Positions 1 through 13,746 of a DNA stretch of 64,000 nucleotides are shown piece by piece. The stretch is from Eledone cirrhosa. Lineage: Eukaryota. The stretch covers positions 218,178,001-218,242,000 of the forward strand of contig OZ024743.1 in assembly GCA_964016885.1 (NCBI GenBank), in the 5' to 3' direction. The notes below the pieces were generated by a model. That model was given only the letters and a program-made list of their open reading frames with translations. It did not search any database and had not been told where the DNA came from. The number at the start of each line of letters is the position of its first letter. The stretch's first letter is position 1. The translations under genes and the position numbers were made by a program.

Positions 1-309
1 TTTACCCGATTTTCTAAGTTTACAGTTATTTTCTGCGTTAGAGATTTTCTACATTTTCAAGGAATATATAAAGGAAAAATTAACGACTCTTGAAACAGTG
101 CTGTCTGGTATTCACGACTGCTACAGACCCTCTGTGACCTGTTCTGATGGAAAAATAGAAAAAATAATTTATTCGTTACGAAAGAATATTCTTTCTTTGA
201 TACAAAGGTTACCAATATATTTATTGTATAAATAGATAGTATATGCTTTCATATACACACCTATTATGCTTAAACGCTCTCTTAGTTCTTAGTACTTCTG
301 CCAATACAT

Positions 310-441
<132 letters not shown>

Positions 442-824
442 GGTTATTTGCATGTATATATTATATATTTATATACATACATACATACATAAGCATACAC
501 AGGTCATTGACAGCTGGAAATAAGATAGACCTAAGGCCAGATGTGAAATGCTGGCCCCATTACAAGTGTTCAATTAATCAGTGCTAAATATATTTTAATG
601 TTGATCAAATCTAAATAAACTGTACATGATCTTCTGACAAGCAACGGTAAATAAAACAAGCGCTCGAACCTAAAATGTGTAGACTCCTCAAAACCGCAAG
701 CCTAAGCCAACTAGCACAACTATTTCATCCCTTTCGTAGCTGACATTCTGGCATGCTAGAATTCCCTAACTCTCACTACAATTTAATTTGCGAAGAGCGC
801 ATACATGTGATTTAGAAGCGCTAT

Positions 825-1018
825 AATTGTTTCTACTTTTAGCACAAGGCCAGCAATTACCCCCAGTGCATTATTCTATCGACCCTGTAAGGATGAAAAG
901 CAAAGTTAATCTCGGCAGGATTTGAACTCAGAACGTAAAGGACCACAACTCCATGCTGCAAAGCTGACGCTCCACCGATACTGTCTGACGCTCCACCGAT
1001 ACTGCCAATCCACCGCCC
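825..1018 (-). mobile_element. tRNA-derived SINE (dominant family of the window)
   Basis: Reverse complement gives GGGCGGTGGATTGGCAGTATCGGT (A-box-like) ... GAGTTCAAATCC (B box) ... TTTGCTTTTCATCCTTACAGGGTCGATA ... GGCCTTGTGCTAAAAGTAGAAACAATT; imperfect flanking direct repeat GAAG(C/T)GCTATAATTG; about 13 homologous copies in the window. Confidence 0.85.
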
Positions 1019-1381
1019 TACATGAAGTGCTATAATTGAAAAATAATTCATTCACTAAACATACTTTACTTGACTTGGCGACTAAACATACTGTATTTGA
1101 CTTGGCGACTAAAAGCCATGTGCACTATCGAAGATTGGATCTTTTAGTACATCTGATTATTTTCACACAAAATAAGATAAATGAAATTAAAAATAATTGT
1201 TTCTGAAAATCTATTAAGGATCTCTTTCCCTAATATTTCACTCAAATCAGAAATTTCTTATCATCCAAAATTATTCCTTAGTTTGCAATAATACTTAGTA
1301 ATTAACAACAAATATAAACTAGTAGAGTTTAGCAGTTAAGTGTAAACGAAATTTAATTAAGATATTGGATTTAGTTTATAC

Positions 1382-1722
1382 CAGGGCTTGCCAACATTTT
1401 TTTGTATCATCGCCCACTTTCAGATGGAATATTTTTATACCAATAAATATTCAAAAGCATACCAAAACTGTTTGGTAAAAGTTTGTTACTGGTTTATTAT
1501 TTCCATTTAACCTCTTTTTTTTTTTGTCTGTTTTTGTTATACAGGTTCTTTGCATATCTCAATTGAATAATTTTTCGGGTAGTGTATGTTGAAATACCTT
1601 CTTAATACTCAAAATCCTATATCTTCCACTAAAGTTTCCAATTTTCTGTTCAGTTGCCCATCGACCACACAAAAGTTGATATCGTCCACCAGCGGGCAAT
1701 ATCGCCCAGAGAGGAAAATTCG
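1382..1722. mobile_element. Degenerate hAT-like MITE
   Basis: Begins CAGGGCTTGCCAACATTTTT..ATCGCCCACTT, typical of hAT termini; right end decayed (ATCGCCCAG...). Confidence 0.35.
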
Positions 1723-2394
1723 GGTATATTCGATTGAAATATCATTATATAAAGTGTTTACATGCGACAAAACTTGCAATAACGCATGAAATATATGAAT
1801 ATTTATTATTCATTGCTCAACACACAAACGTATTGATTGATTTCCTGTTAAATTTCAAAAAAATCTTATAGCAGAACTGTAGCCCGAGGTCCCGAACGCA
1901 CCAACAGGTTGAGCCACATTGATATCTCGTTTAAGGGCTGTTGTCATATTTCTTTTCCTTCAGATTTTACAAATGTAACAAATACATATAACAACTCTTT
2001 CTCACGCAGACACACACACACACACCACACGCACACACCAACATACACACACACGCGCACACACACACACACACACACATACATACAATATATATATATA
2101 TATATATACTAGCAGAAGTATCCGACGTTGCTCGGATATTAGATAGCAGTTGTGTATACCATTTATGTCAATACTTCAGTGCTGCTTCGTTAATTTTTCC
2201 TTCAGTGCTGTGTGTGTGTGTGTGTTTGTGGGTGTGTATGTATTTGTGTGTGCGTATGTATGTGTATGGCCGTCGGGGCATACGTATGTACTGGCCTAAA
2301 TGTTCACTATTTACTTTTACTATTTTAATAACCTCTGTCATTTTCGTTTTCAATTTTATTTACATCATTCTTAAACTCCGGGGCTGAAAATCAT

Positions 2395-2693
2395 TCTGTT
2401 ATTTTAAATAGAATATTAGTCTAACGACTCCATTTATATGATAAACTTGGTCTTGTCTTTGCATGAAATTGTTCTTCACCCTCCACTTAACGACGTATTA
2501 TCCTCGCTTTTTTCCGTTCATTGCCAGGGAACGTCTTCACGAACCAAAAATATCGTCTTTCTGTTTTCCTTCGGTTGCAACGTTTCTCGAAATATTTACT
2601 TCTGCGTTCACAGATTAAATTTTTTAGTTTCAGAAGATCCCGTTAATGTTGAAAGCAGCGATTCTTTGCTTAAACTTTAATCTGTTCTTATAA
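2395..2693 (+). mobile_element. PLE pseudo-LTR fragment, family B
   Basis: Homologous to 22590-22870; contains HHR-like motif 2626-2676; ends in (TA)n. Confidence 0.75.
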
Positions 2694-2705
2694 CATATAT
2701 ATATA

Positions 2706-2862
2706 ACGAAGGAAATGTGGTAAGGAACCAGGTGGACCATAACGCACCAAAGTACTCAATACTTAGGGTAAGGCCGTTTCGACGGCTAATTCTGGACTAA
2801 AAAAAAAAAAAAAGATTACCCGTAGAAACGGCCTGAGCTCAGCCGTCGGGTTCCTACTCGTT

Positions 2863-2864
<2 letters not shown>
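2706..2864 (-). mobile_element. PLE-type pLTR fragment, family A (rearranged, partly inverted)
   Basis: Shares GGTAAGGAACCAGGTGGACCATAACGCACCAAAGTACTCAATACTTAGGGTA with 9040, 15530, 34719 and 44900; flanked by (TA)n. Confidence 0.7.
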
Positions 2865-2927
<63 letters not shown>

Positions 2928-2931
<4 letters not shown>

Positions 2932-5912
2932 ACAAAAACACTAAAAAAGTTAACTTCCTAGACGCCACACTATACCTAGACTCAAAGATATATGCACCTT
3001 TCCATAAGCCTAACGAAAAACTAATTTACGTGGATACCAAGTCTAATCACCCTAGATCAATATTAAACTCTATCTCTAAGCGGTATCCAATAGAATCTCT
3101 AATCTATCCTATGACGCAAACATATTTAGCAAAAACTCGCAATATTATAATCAAGCATTAGCTAGATCCGGCCATAATATAGAGATTGAGTTCCTACCTA
3201 CGAAAACGCATAGCTACAGCATTATCTCGCACAATATGTTCATGAGGAAACCTAGTAATATGAATAGCAACCACACGCACACTAAAGCAGAGGGTGCCAT
3301 CAAAAGTAACCATTACCACAGAAACTACCGTAGTACCTTAGGAGGAAACAACACACCAGACACTAAAAACAAAAATAGAAGAAGAAATAATACATTTTTC
3401 AACCCTCCTTTCAACCTAAACGTCTCCACCAACATACCTAGGGCTTTCTTCTCACTACTAGATAAAAACTTCCCTCTAGGACACAAGTACCATAACCTTT
3501 TAAACAAAAACACTATTAAAATCTCATACTCTACGACGCCTAACATAGCATACCACATAGCTAGTAGCAATAAAAGAAAAATTAATTCTTACTTCCAACA
3601 AACGAAATCGCAACAGGGGTAAACCTTCAAAATATCTCTGTAGCAAGTAACCCTAATAACGGCAGTAATAATAATAATAGCACTAGTATAAGCAATAACA
3701 CCGGGAACGACAACCCACATACCCAAAATCCTATAGCTACCACCCGGACTTCTGCACAGCATTATAACCAGCAGACTAACACCCAGAATAATTGTAACTG
3801 TAGAGCAAATAGAACCTGCCCTTTAGATAAAAAATGCCTAATCAAGGATAGCATATACTCATGCACCGTCACGACTAGAAGCTCTTCAGAAACCTATGTA
3901 GGCTCCACTTCTAACTGCTTCAAAACCAGGTATAATTCGCACATCCACTCGTTCAAAAAGCACAGTCAGGCCAACTCCACCTCACTATCTAGCTACATAC
4001 ACTATCTAAAAACTAAAAATAAACCTTACACACTCAAATGGGAAGTGATAGGTAGCGCGACTTCGTACAAACCACCTAATAAATTTTCTAACCTCTGTAT
4101 ACTAGAGACCCACACTATTATCTTTTCTAACCATAACCTACTTAACAAAAAATCTGAAGTGTTCGCAACTTGCCAGCACCGCTTCAGACATTCCTTCCAA
4201 AACTTTAAGCCCAATATATAGCAATGTCGGACTTGAACCAGACACCACTTCTAGCATCAAACACCAAGGGCACACCTTACACCACATCCCCACACTCATT
4301 GATCCAATATACCACTAATAGGGACATCCCTCTAGAACCCTTCACAGTAGGAATACCCCTTTGTACTTCTACTTTAGGTGTGACTGCATCCAGCTGCTTG
4401 AACTGCACTACACCACTTTATAATTAATGTAAAATTTAAGCATTGAATTGATTGTATTGTTGGTGCTATGCGGGTGAAGTGCCATCGTTGGATAAATGGA
4501 AGACTAATTAATCTAGTAACGTTGATGAGCTGTATAACCTATATGCTGAGTGCAGTGAATGTATTGCAAGTGGCGTATGAGTTGTACATATATGCAGGAA
4601 TTGATGCTCAGATTAGTGACATGATAAGTGTGGATTGACCTCTGGTCTACCCTAGTGATAGGTATCTTTTGACATCCAATATGACATGCACTAACCCAGA
4701 GCTTACCAGGGATTATTATAGATAGAAGTGATTCTATAATCACCCTGCCAGGTTCTATGAGTAGACTACAATTACTATGATCATTGATTTGGAAATCTCG
4801 CTCATCGTGTGAAATATTCAATCGTGGCACTATATAATGGAGGATAATCACCCTAATATGAACACCAGTAATGCTTCTTGATAGACTACATTATAGTTAA
4901 GACACTTTAAATTTTTAGAAACTGTGTATAACCATATAAGTTAGGGACTATTTTGAGACACCATTTAATAGTTAGTAATAGAGACCACTGAGTTACCTCC
5001 CCTCATGCATTAACTCCCCTTAGTCACACACACACTTCCGGAAAATATTTCGATGTTGATTCTCGCAACATAACAACCTACTGTATTGAGCTAAAGACCA
5101 ACAAACTACGATTCTCTAACAGGATCGTCAAACGCCCAATATCGAATCGTCGTGGATTATGTGAGAGGCATATAATCTGAAAAATACGCTCCCCGGACTG
5201 TGAAAATGTTGCTGTGCATGAAGTCCATATCATCGCTTTGCTACGCATTTCCAATATTTTTAATGCTTATATTATTTCTCCACGCACAGGCTATAACAAT
5301 CATATAAAGAATTCATTACCAGCTCAACCCCCTTAACACTCTTGATCACCTGTTTAAGTGCTTCTATTACATGTAACACTCTGCCACACTATAGCATTAT
5401 ATAAACAAGACGCACGTGCTTGCCACACGTGTAACTATTGCACTCAATAACCGCTTATGACTATCCTATCGCATTAATTTCATGTATTTTAACCTGTATT
5501 TTTGATTTTATCTTTTAATATGAATGTAATCCCTAAATGCGTACTGCCACATTAAATGCTGTAATGGATGTCGACCCAGCAAGCAACAATATTTGCATAT
5601 GTATCTGTATGTCTCTTGGGTTGAAAAGGAGGTCATATAAGTGTTCATTCATTAATAAATTGCTCCGAAGAATCCAAACCTCAGTTTGGAGGAAACAGTG
5701 GTAAGCAGGAAAATGTTTTGAACAGTTCTTTGATTCTTATAACTTATATATAACTGCTCTGTAAAACATCTGATGTTATTACATTGAACTATTTAACTTA
5801 CTGGTAATAAGGTAGTAATATATTACTGCCTATCACTATTTATGGTTTGTAAAAATATATATAACTACAAAAGGTTTTTGTATTTGCATAACCATAAATA
5901 GTATCCTTAATA
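2928..5912 (+). mobile_element. 5'-truncated Penelope-like element (Nematis-like): RT C-terminus, GIY-YIG, long 3' UTR with HHR
   Basis: Broken frames encode NFLDATL..YAPFHKPN..YVDTKSNHP, FNPPF, NTIKISYS, CNCRANRTCPLDKKCL, SIYSC..TYVGSTSNCFKTRYNSH; (TA)n on both sides; HHR at 5661-5707. Confidence 0.85.
5661..5707 (+). ncRNA. Type I hammerhead ribozyme motif (core CCGAAGA)
   Basis: Stem I TGCT/AGCA; CCGAAGA; stem II TCCAAAC/GTTTGGA; GAAA-C-AGTG-G-TA (GUA site). Confidence 0.65.
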
Positions 5913-5913
5913 C

Positions 5914-5969
<56 letters not shown>

Positions 5970-6235
5970 AAGCGAGAGAGAGAGATGCTTTGTACGGCTT
6001 TTGGAGGAAGGAGTGACCAGCAGTATGGTGTTCGGTATTAGAGAATCCCGCGTGAACTAACAGCTCGAGAGGAAACAGCTTACCTCAAAGATTCATTTGC
6101 CATCGTTCTTGTCAACGCTCCGTTTAGGTGGTATTTGTTGGTCTACAGTTAGATGAATGGAGCACAAAGGGTTAATGTTTATTGGCAAGAAGTTTTTTGA
6201 ATAATAAAAGACGGGTTACAGCGACCTACAATGTA

Positions 6236-6435
<200 letters not shown>

Positions 6436-6439
6436 AAGA

Positions 6440-6715
6440 GATGAAATCTAAAATGCAACTGGAGTCTTAATTTTTATTTAAATATATATATTTATTTGGT
6501 TCCTTTACCGGTTTCGCAGTTCTTCTGCTTTTCAAAAGTAGAGTTGAGATGGAGGGTCTGTGGTTTTTCTCACATCAGATGTGAGAAAAACCACAGACCC
6601 TACATCTCAACTCTACTTTTGAAAAGCAGAAGAACTGCGAAACCGGTAAAGGAACCAAATAAATATATATATATATTTTTTTAAATAAGACTCCAGTCGC
6701 ATTTTCGATTTCATC
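6440..6715. repeat. Fold-back palindrome carrying an HHR-like motif in each arm
   Basis: Arms of about 137 bp, near-perfect in the inner part, centred at 6577; right arm CTT-TTGAAAA-GCAG aagaa CTGC-GAAA-CCGG-TA-AAG at 6616-6651. Confidence 0.85.
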
Positions 6716-6818
6716 ACTTTTTCTTTATACTTTCACTCGTGTAGGACACCTCGGTTATTTTTCAATTTGTAAAAAAAACCTCACTTTCTAATATATATAT
6801 ATATATATACATACACAG

Positions 6819-6860
<42 letters not shown>

Positions 6861-6930
6861 CTGTGTATGTATATATATATATATATATATTAGAAAGTGA
6901 GGTTTTTTATATATATACATGCACAGATAC

Positions 6931-6985
<55 letters not shown>

Positions 6986-7177
6986 TATGTATGCATATAT
7001 ATATGTGTGTGTATGTATGTATATATGTATATATATATATAAATATATAAGTGTGTGTATGTATATATACATATATTTTTATGTGTATATTTATATATGT
7101 GTATATATGTATATCTATATATGTTTATATGTGTTTGTATATGTATATATATATGTATATGTGTGTGTATATGTATC

Positions 7178-7259
<82 letters not shown>

Positions 7260-7384
7260 TATATATGTATATATATATATATGTGCGTGCGCGCGCGTGT
7301 GTGTGTGTGTGTGTGCGCGCGCACGTGTTTGTGTGTGAATCTAGCGAAGATAATACGTCAGCAATGACGTTATGCAGACAGCCA

Positions 7385-7584
7385 GGCATACAGACAGATA
7401 TTATAAGAGCGCGAAGGAGATGGATAACCGGCGCCTAACACCCCTTTAATAACAGAAAATTGAAAAAAAAAAGCGGCAGTTAATATCTTTAGACTGCAAG
7501 GAATATATAAAGTTTGAAGTCAATCGAAGTAGAAATGTGGATTTGTATGGACTTTGCAAAAATGAGGGCACACAGACAACATCA

Positions 7585-7590
<6 letters not shown>
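7385..7590 (-). mobile_element. Helitron/DINE-like non-autonomous 5' fragment
   Basis: Minus strand starts TATATATAAAACTGATGTTGTCTGTGTG, resembling the 5' ends at 36585 and 45385. Confidence 0.4.
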
Positions 7591-7632
<42 letters not shown>

Positions 7633-7635
<3 letters not shown>

Positions 7636-7824
7636 ATAATAATAAATTTGAAGACTAAAATCCAAAGAGGGCTCGATAAGGATAAATATACATCAAATAT
7701 ATAAGAACCGTAGAGCAAATATTTATTATAATAACAGATTAAAGTTTAAGCAAAGAATCGCTGCTTTCACCCTTAACGGGATCTTCTGAAAGCAGCGATT
7801 CTTTGCTTAAACTTTAATCTGTTA

Positions 7825-7830
<6 letters not shown>
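7633..7830 (-). mobile_element. Family B pLTR fragment with fold-back inversion
   Basis: Minus-strand copy of 22806-22965 joined through TGAAA microhomology to a plus-strand GAAAGCAGCGATT... copy; (TA)n on both sides. Confidence 0.8.
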
Positions 7831-7884
<54 letters not shown>

Positions 7885-7890
<6 letters not shown>

Positions 7891-8163
7891 TGAGACAGTA
7901 AACAAAAACCAAAAGAAAACAAAAAAAAACGTGGAAGCGAAGAGCCAGTACAAATGTTAATATTAGTTTCACGCTTAAGAGTGGTTGGTGGGGGGTGACG
8001 TTTCGGGCATAAGCTTTTCATCGGGAGAAAAGTGGGCAGGAAGAGAGTTCCGATGGTGTGTGGGGGAAAGATATTAAAAAAGGTAAGATTTGTTTATTAT
8101 CTTAGCAATTTTAATTTTCTTCCTAGTGCATTGTATGGTTTTCATAAATTATTAAAATTTGTG

Positions 8164-8168
<5 letters not shown>
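7885..8168 (-). mobile_element. PLE pLTR fragment, family C, with degenerate minimal HHR
   Basis: Minus strand 8024-7997: CCGATGA-AAAGC TTAT GCCC-GAAA-CG-TC; homologous to 16506-16700 and 20880-20961. Confidence 0.65.
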
Positions 8169-8216
<48 letters not shown>

Positions 8217-8350
8217 TAATAAATATGAAGACTAAGATCCGAAGAGGGCTCGATAAGGACTATATATATATATATATAAACCCGTTAAGGATGAAAGCAG
8301 CGATTCTTTGCTTAAACTTTAATCTATTCTTATAATAAAGAAATAAATAT

Positions 8351-8394
<44 letters not shown>

Positions 8395-8401
<7 letters not shown>

Positions 8402-9015
8402 TAAAGTTAGTCCTTCATCGGTGATCTTCCAAACATCATTGGTGCGAGCAACGGCTAAAGAAAGTCGTTGGGACACGTAAATAAGGGGAACGAGCGAGAG
8501 TGTAAACAAACAAACATGGTAAAGCAACGAAAAGTGAGGAAGAAAGAGTCAAGTCCCAGATTTCCATGAATATAAATTCGGTGAAATCGTGAACGAGAGA
8601 GAATAAAGACCATCAAACCTAGTCGAAATGTGAGCAAGGAAGGAATTCCGCACAGGTCAAACGGGGGGAAAAAGGAGTCCAGTCCGTGAATTCGGTGAAC
8701 ATAAGTTCTGTGAAATCGTAGACGAGAGAGAGAAAAGGGGAACCAGCCTGGTCAAGCGTGCGAGAGAAAAGAATTACGCACAGGTCAAACAGGAGGAAGT
8801 AGGAGAGGTAGTAGCAGAGAGTGAGTGAGTGAAGGGTGAGGAAGAGGCTAACAGAGAGAGTGACTGTTAGAGAGGGTAAAGATACAGAGAAAGGGGAAGC
8901 AGTAAGAACGAAATAGACGGGTCACAGCGGGGGAAAATATATGTGTGAATATGAGAACAAACGTGTTGCGTGGTTGCAAATGGGTTACATATGAATAAAG
9001 TTAGTCCTTCATCAG
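8395..9015 (-). mobile_element. Non-coding (TA)n-embedded element with 25-bp terminal direct repeat
   Basis: ATATGAATAAAGTTAGTCCTTCATC at 8395 and 8989; internal diverged duplication of about 100 bp (about 8568-8668 vs 8696-8795). Confidence 0.55.
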
Positions 9016-9038
9016 TATATATATATATGTATATATAA

Positions 9039-9214
9039 CAAAGGAATAGTGGTAAGGAACCAGATGGACCATAACGCACCAGAGTACTCAATACTAAGGG
9101 TAGTAGAGTGGGAAATAGGAAAAAGTATGACCCCGACGGCAGAGCTCAAGCCCTTTCGACGTCCAGAAATAGCCGTCGAAACGGCTTGAGCTCTGTCATC
9201 GGGGTCATACTTTT

Positions 9215-9218
<4 letters not shown>
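9039..9218 (-). mobile_element. Family A pLTR fragment with fold-back inversion
   Basis: Family A sequence; inverted arms GGAAAAAGTATGACCCCGA..GAGCTCAAGCC / GGCTTGAGCTC..TCGGGGTCATACTTTTCCC. Confidence 0.75.
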
Positions 9219-9268
<50 letters not shown>

Positions 9269-9969
9269 GTATGTAGTTGACGCCCGAAAGAAAAGAATAC
9301 TCAATACCGAGTTTAAACATTCATTTTATTAAGGCTAATGGTTATTAGAGAAGATGCGATATGACCCTGTGATAATCAGACGAAACTTCAGATTAATAAG
9401 CACTCTTTAACCTTACTAAAATGAATATATATATATATATTCATGAGTAGCGTGGATGTTTATGCAGTTGTGGCGAGCTACATATATTCTAGCCATTCTA
9501 GCCAAACAACCTTCGAAAGAAAGATGACTCAAGAAGAAAATAATAAACAGGTGAATTTATCAGTGACATGGAAACTGAATCTAGGATTTGGACCCATAAA
9601 TATCATGTGACCTGGGAATATTTTTTTCATTTTCCTTGTTCAGTCATGTTCTAATTTATTTGTTGACTGCATGGCAATCTATTTCCTCTCAACAGCACGA
9701 CATAGCAATTACAGAACTATTATTTCAAAGTTTCTACTAATTCAAGCTCCCTAAATCCTTATCACTTCTACATGGTGACCACTCAATTCATTATAAAACT
9801 TCATCATAAATAGTAAGCCTCTCCAAGATCAGAAATAACTCCAGTCTCCATCATTTTCCCATCATTACACAATGCACAATTAATACCTATATTTGGTAGA
9901 GATCCCTTATCAAGGTCAGTGCTGTTGCCCGCCCTACATAAACATTGTATTCTCTGTCTATACGAATAT

Positions 9970-10067
9970 TCCCGCCGAGGTTGACTTTGCCTTTCATCCT
10001 CACGGGGTCGATACATTAAAGTATCAGTAATGCACTGGGTAATTGCTGGCCTAAAGTAGAAACAATT
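9970..10067 (+). mobile_element. SINE, 3' half
   Basis: CCCGCCGAGGTTGACTTTGCCTTTCATCC...AAAGTAGAAACAATT. Confidence 0.8.
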
Positions 10068-11684
10068 ATTTGTCAAAGATGGACTAACATTCTATAATCA
10101 CAAGTTCAGAGATGATGTGTGCTTTTTATTTGCTGTACCACTTCTACTTGTAATACAACAGCTTCTGCTCCTCTGAACGACCATTCTACATACTTCACGC
10201 CCCATCTCCACCGCATCCCTCATTTCAAAGGTATCCCATTCTTTCTCACAAACGCCAAATACTTTACGTCAATCTTTCCTCCCCAGATTGACAATATTTT
10301 GGAATTTTCTTTCACTCTACGGATGTCGAGCAAAAGAATTTCAAACTGAACGTTAAATTAATCGATATGACCATTCTGTAAGGGCATGCAAAGAACATAA
10401 TTGCTTTGTCTCTTCTCCCCACAAATCAATAAAAAGATATTAGTCAGCGCTAACATAACTTGCTTCACCCACTGTTATAAACATAAACCAAAAAATAACT
10501 GCCAGTTATACTGTTTATCCTTATATATATTCGCTTTCGCATTAACATTTGATGTGACATTCACATCAGCTGGACAACTGATATCCACAATGTTATGCAT
10601 TTATTTTGTTTTCTGTCGAAAGGGACATTTACTCGTTTAGTATTCCTGGATTTAATGGCAATTCTAGCAGAAAGGTTTTTACCATTATTTCATGCTGGTT
10701 AGAAATTTGGCTTCATTCAATATCGTTGCTATACTTTATGAGTATTGATAACCTTGTATAGAGTTTTTATTTTCATGAGATTGTACATATATATGAATAT
10801 GCGTGTGCGTGTATTTATGCGTGTCTATTGTGTGTATGTGTGCGTGTGTGCCTGTATGTATATGTGCATGTGAATGTGTATTGCTGCTGTTTGGCCCCAG
10901 GTTATATATGCGCAAGCAAATCTATGATCAAAAGCATTCTAGTTATAACGGTACCATTCAATTGTACTTCTCGCAGCATATCTAGGGACACGTTAATCAA
11001 TGCATCCTCCCTTTTTTTATGACTTTAGATTGTTATTTGCGAGAGATTTGGCTGCTATTTCTAGCCGTTTTTCTAAACATGAAAAGATTTCCTTTGATTC
11101 TTCAATTGTGTTTTCGTGATATTTATATTTGAGTGTTTTTATGTTTATGTATAATGGGTACACGTATGTGTGGTGGGTGTATATGTAAAAACTGTGTATA
11201 AACTGCCAGCAAGTAATACGTGATTGATCCGCGACTAAGCTATTTCACACTTCGTTAACTCGCTGATTCATTGTGATTTTCCACTGTAGTCTATATAACC
11301 TGCAGGCGAATGAGCTCTGCCAAATTGATTTGCCCGTTGCAAACATCTTGAAGACGAAGATTTTGGTGGCAACCCAAGACATAGTAAGCGTTACAGTGCG
11401 TCAGTGTGTGTGTGTATGTGTGTGTGTGTGGGGGGGGGGTGTATTAACTACATATTTAATAAATGTATTAATATGGGTGTTATATATATAAATATATATA
11501 TATTATATAATTTTATATTATATCATATTATATTGTGTACGTCTGACTGTAAGTGTGTGTGTGTGTGAGATAGATAGATAGAGAGAGAGAGAGAGAAGGA
11601 GAGTGAGTGTGCAGACTCCCAGCCCGTCTGAAAGGCCAGGTGCTCCGAAAAATACATACATACATACATAAACAGATTAATTCT

Positions 11685-12480
11685 TGTCAAAAGTGTGCCA
11701 TCCCTTCACTCAAAATTAGACGATCATATGCACGCAGGCGACTTTACGGACCAGCTTTTGTTTTGAAAGCATGTTCACAGGAAGTGACACTTGAACTGTC
11801 TGTCTCCTGGCAATATCAGCTGGTGTGTTTCTTTATGCATTCGACCAATCCTGTGATTTACTTCAGCATCAAGGATACCATCTCTAAGTGTTCTTCCAAG
11901 ATACACAAAGCTGTCCACCATTTCAAGTCTTTTTCCTCTCACAAAAGTGTCTGGTTTCACATACATAATTCCTCAACTAGTGGAGTGTACACGACCTTTG
12001 CCTAATGTATGCTAATATTTAGCCCAAACGTAGTGCATACATTAGAGAATTTGCCCAATTTCAACTAGAAGTACATGTTCTGGCACACAGTGTGTGCCAG
12101 AACATGTACTTCCTCAGCATACATGAACTCCATAACAAGCATGTCAAAGTTTTGGACTTGGTGCTAAAACGTCTTAGATTAAAGACTTTGTCAGGGGTAC
12201 GATATCGCAAGTGTACACCGATTTCGACGTCTTGAAAGGCATATATCAGCAACACGGTGAAGTAAATTGAGGATAGGTGGGGGCAGGTATGTTCCCTTGC
12301 TTGACACTGTTTTCCACTGAAATTGGCTCTGAAAGTCTCTTATTGAAGTTCACTTTTGCCTTCATATTTTGATGGAGTTTTTATTTTTTTTTATATTTCA
12401 ACAAATTCAGGAAAGCATCCAAATTTTACCTATATGGCCCAGAATGCCCTACGATTAACAGTATCGAAGATCTCGGGTTC
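11685..12480 (-). mobile_element. RTE-clade (BovB-like) LINE RT fragment, degenerate
   Basis: Minus-strand peptides VKQGNIPAP, GVHLRYRTPDKVFNLRRFSTKSKT and LEMVDSFVYLGRTLRDGILDAEVNHRIG resemble RTE-1/BovB RT motifs. Confidence 0.75.
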
Positions 12481-13099
12481 ATCCATGTTGCCTTGTGGAT
12501 CTCCCTTTGCTGAAAAAATGTATTGCACACGACTATCTCAAACTCAGTTTGATTGTGTATATATAGATATAGATGGGGTGGGGGGGTATAGAGTGTGAGT
12601 GTGTTTGTGTTTGTGTATAGCAATGCAGAAACTTTATAAAATGAAATCAAGAATTACTTTTAATACACAGAACAAAAAGACTACCTGAAAACACTGTTGA
12701 TAATATTATCACCAACAAGGTGGCCTTGTACTGGTTGTTGGTGTTATATTGAGTAGACATAGGAGCGAAATCATTTTATTCTTATTTAGTTGTACATAGT
12801 TAATTCAGAATTACATTATCTCTATGTATTCTCTCACTTTGTTTTTTAAGGAAATTTGACTAATGTTGCGACCACATAGAAGCATCGCCATGCATTGTAG
12901 TTGTGTGTTGTTTGTCCCATTATAATTCTAATGGAGAGGAAAGCCTTTTGATCAAACAATGATATTTCTATTGTTCTTTTTCTTCTTCTTGCTGCTGCAG
13001 CTCTCGATGTTGTTCAGTCCAAGGTGATCCTGATCGAATATACCCATGATTAATCGTATTCTAGCCCTCATCTATTCTATCTTTTCGGGGGTTACTAGA

Positions 13100-13131
<32 letters not shown>

Positions 13132-13631
13132 CATTTACTAGGTTTGGTTTGAGGAGAATTTCGGTACTATTTCTATCATCTTGAACGATCAAATCAAAGG
13201 TTCCTGAGATTATGCTGTTCACCGTTATTTTCGTTGTTCTATGAACGATTTAGCTGTCTTATTAACGAAGGTGTTCCAGCCATTGCTGTCTTCTTCTTAT
13301 GTGCAAGATAACCATGATCACAGTAGCCAACAGAACATTTTCAGAGACGTTAGTAATGTAATTTGGAAGAAGTGTTTCTGCTATACCTAGCAGATCTATT
13401 GACTATTTAGAATCACCGTTGTTGGTTCTGTGGAGCGTTTTGCAGTCGTCGTATCTTCTATAAAGTCACCCTAAACAACATAAGTGTAAAAACACTTGTA
13501 TTGTTTATTACACAACATCTCATGTTTATATATAATAAATATATATTACATATCCTTCCTCTATTTTCTCACTCTCTCTATCTGTCTATCCAATTCTCTC
13601 TCTCTCTCTCTCTCTCACATAAGCACACACA

Positions 13632-13746
<115 letters not shown>

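Noticed and set aside
1-165. Possible minus-strand terminal exon after a polypyrimidine-CAG acceptor near 143-160
   Set aside because: Short, no recognisable domain and no linked exons; needs RNA-seq.
8395-8460. LTR end plus primer-binding site (..CATCA TTGGTGCGAG)
   Set aside because: No second LTR, gag/pol or polypurine tract arrangement; better explained by the terminally redundant minus-strand unit.
9335-9400. Hammerhead-like GAGAAGA..GACGAAACTTCAG between TTATTA/TAATAA
   Set aside because: Core and stem II are too degenerate to support.
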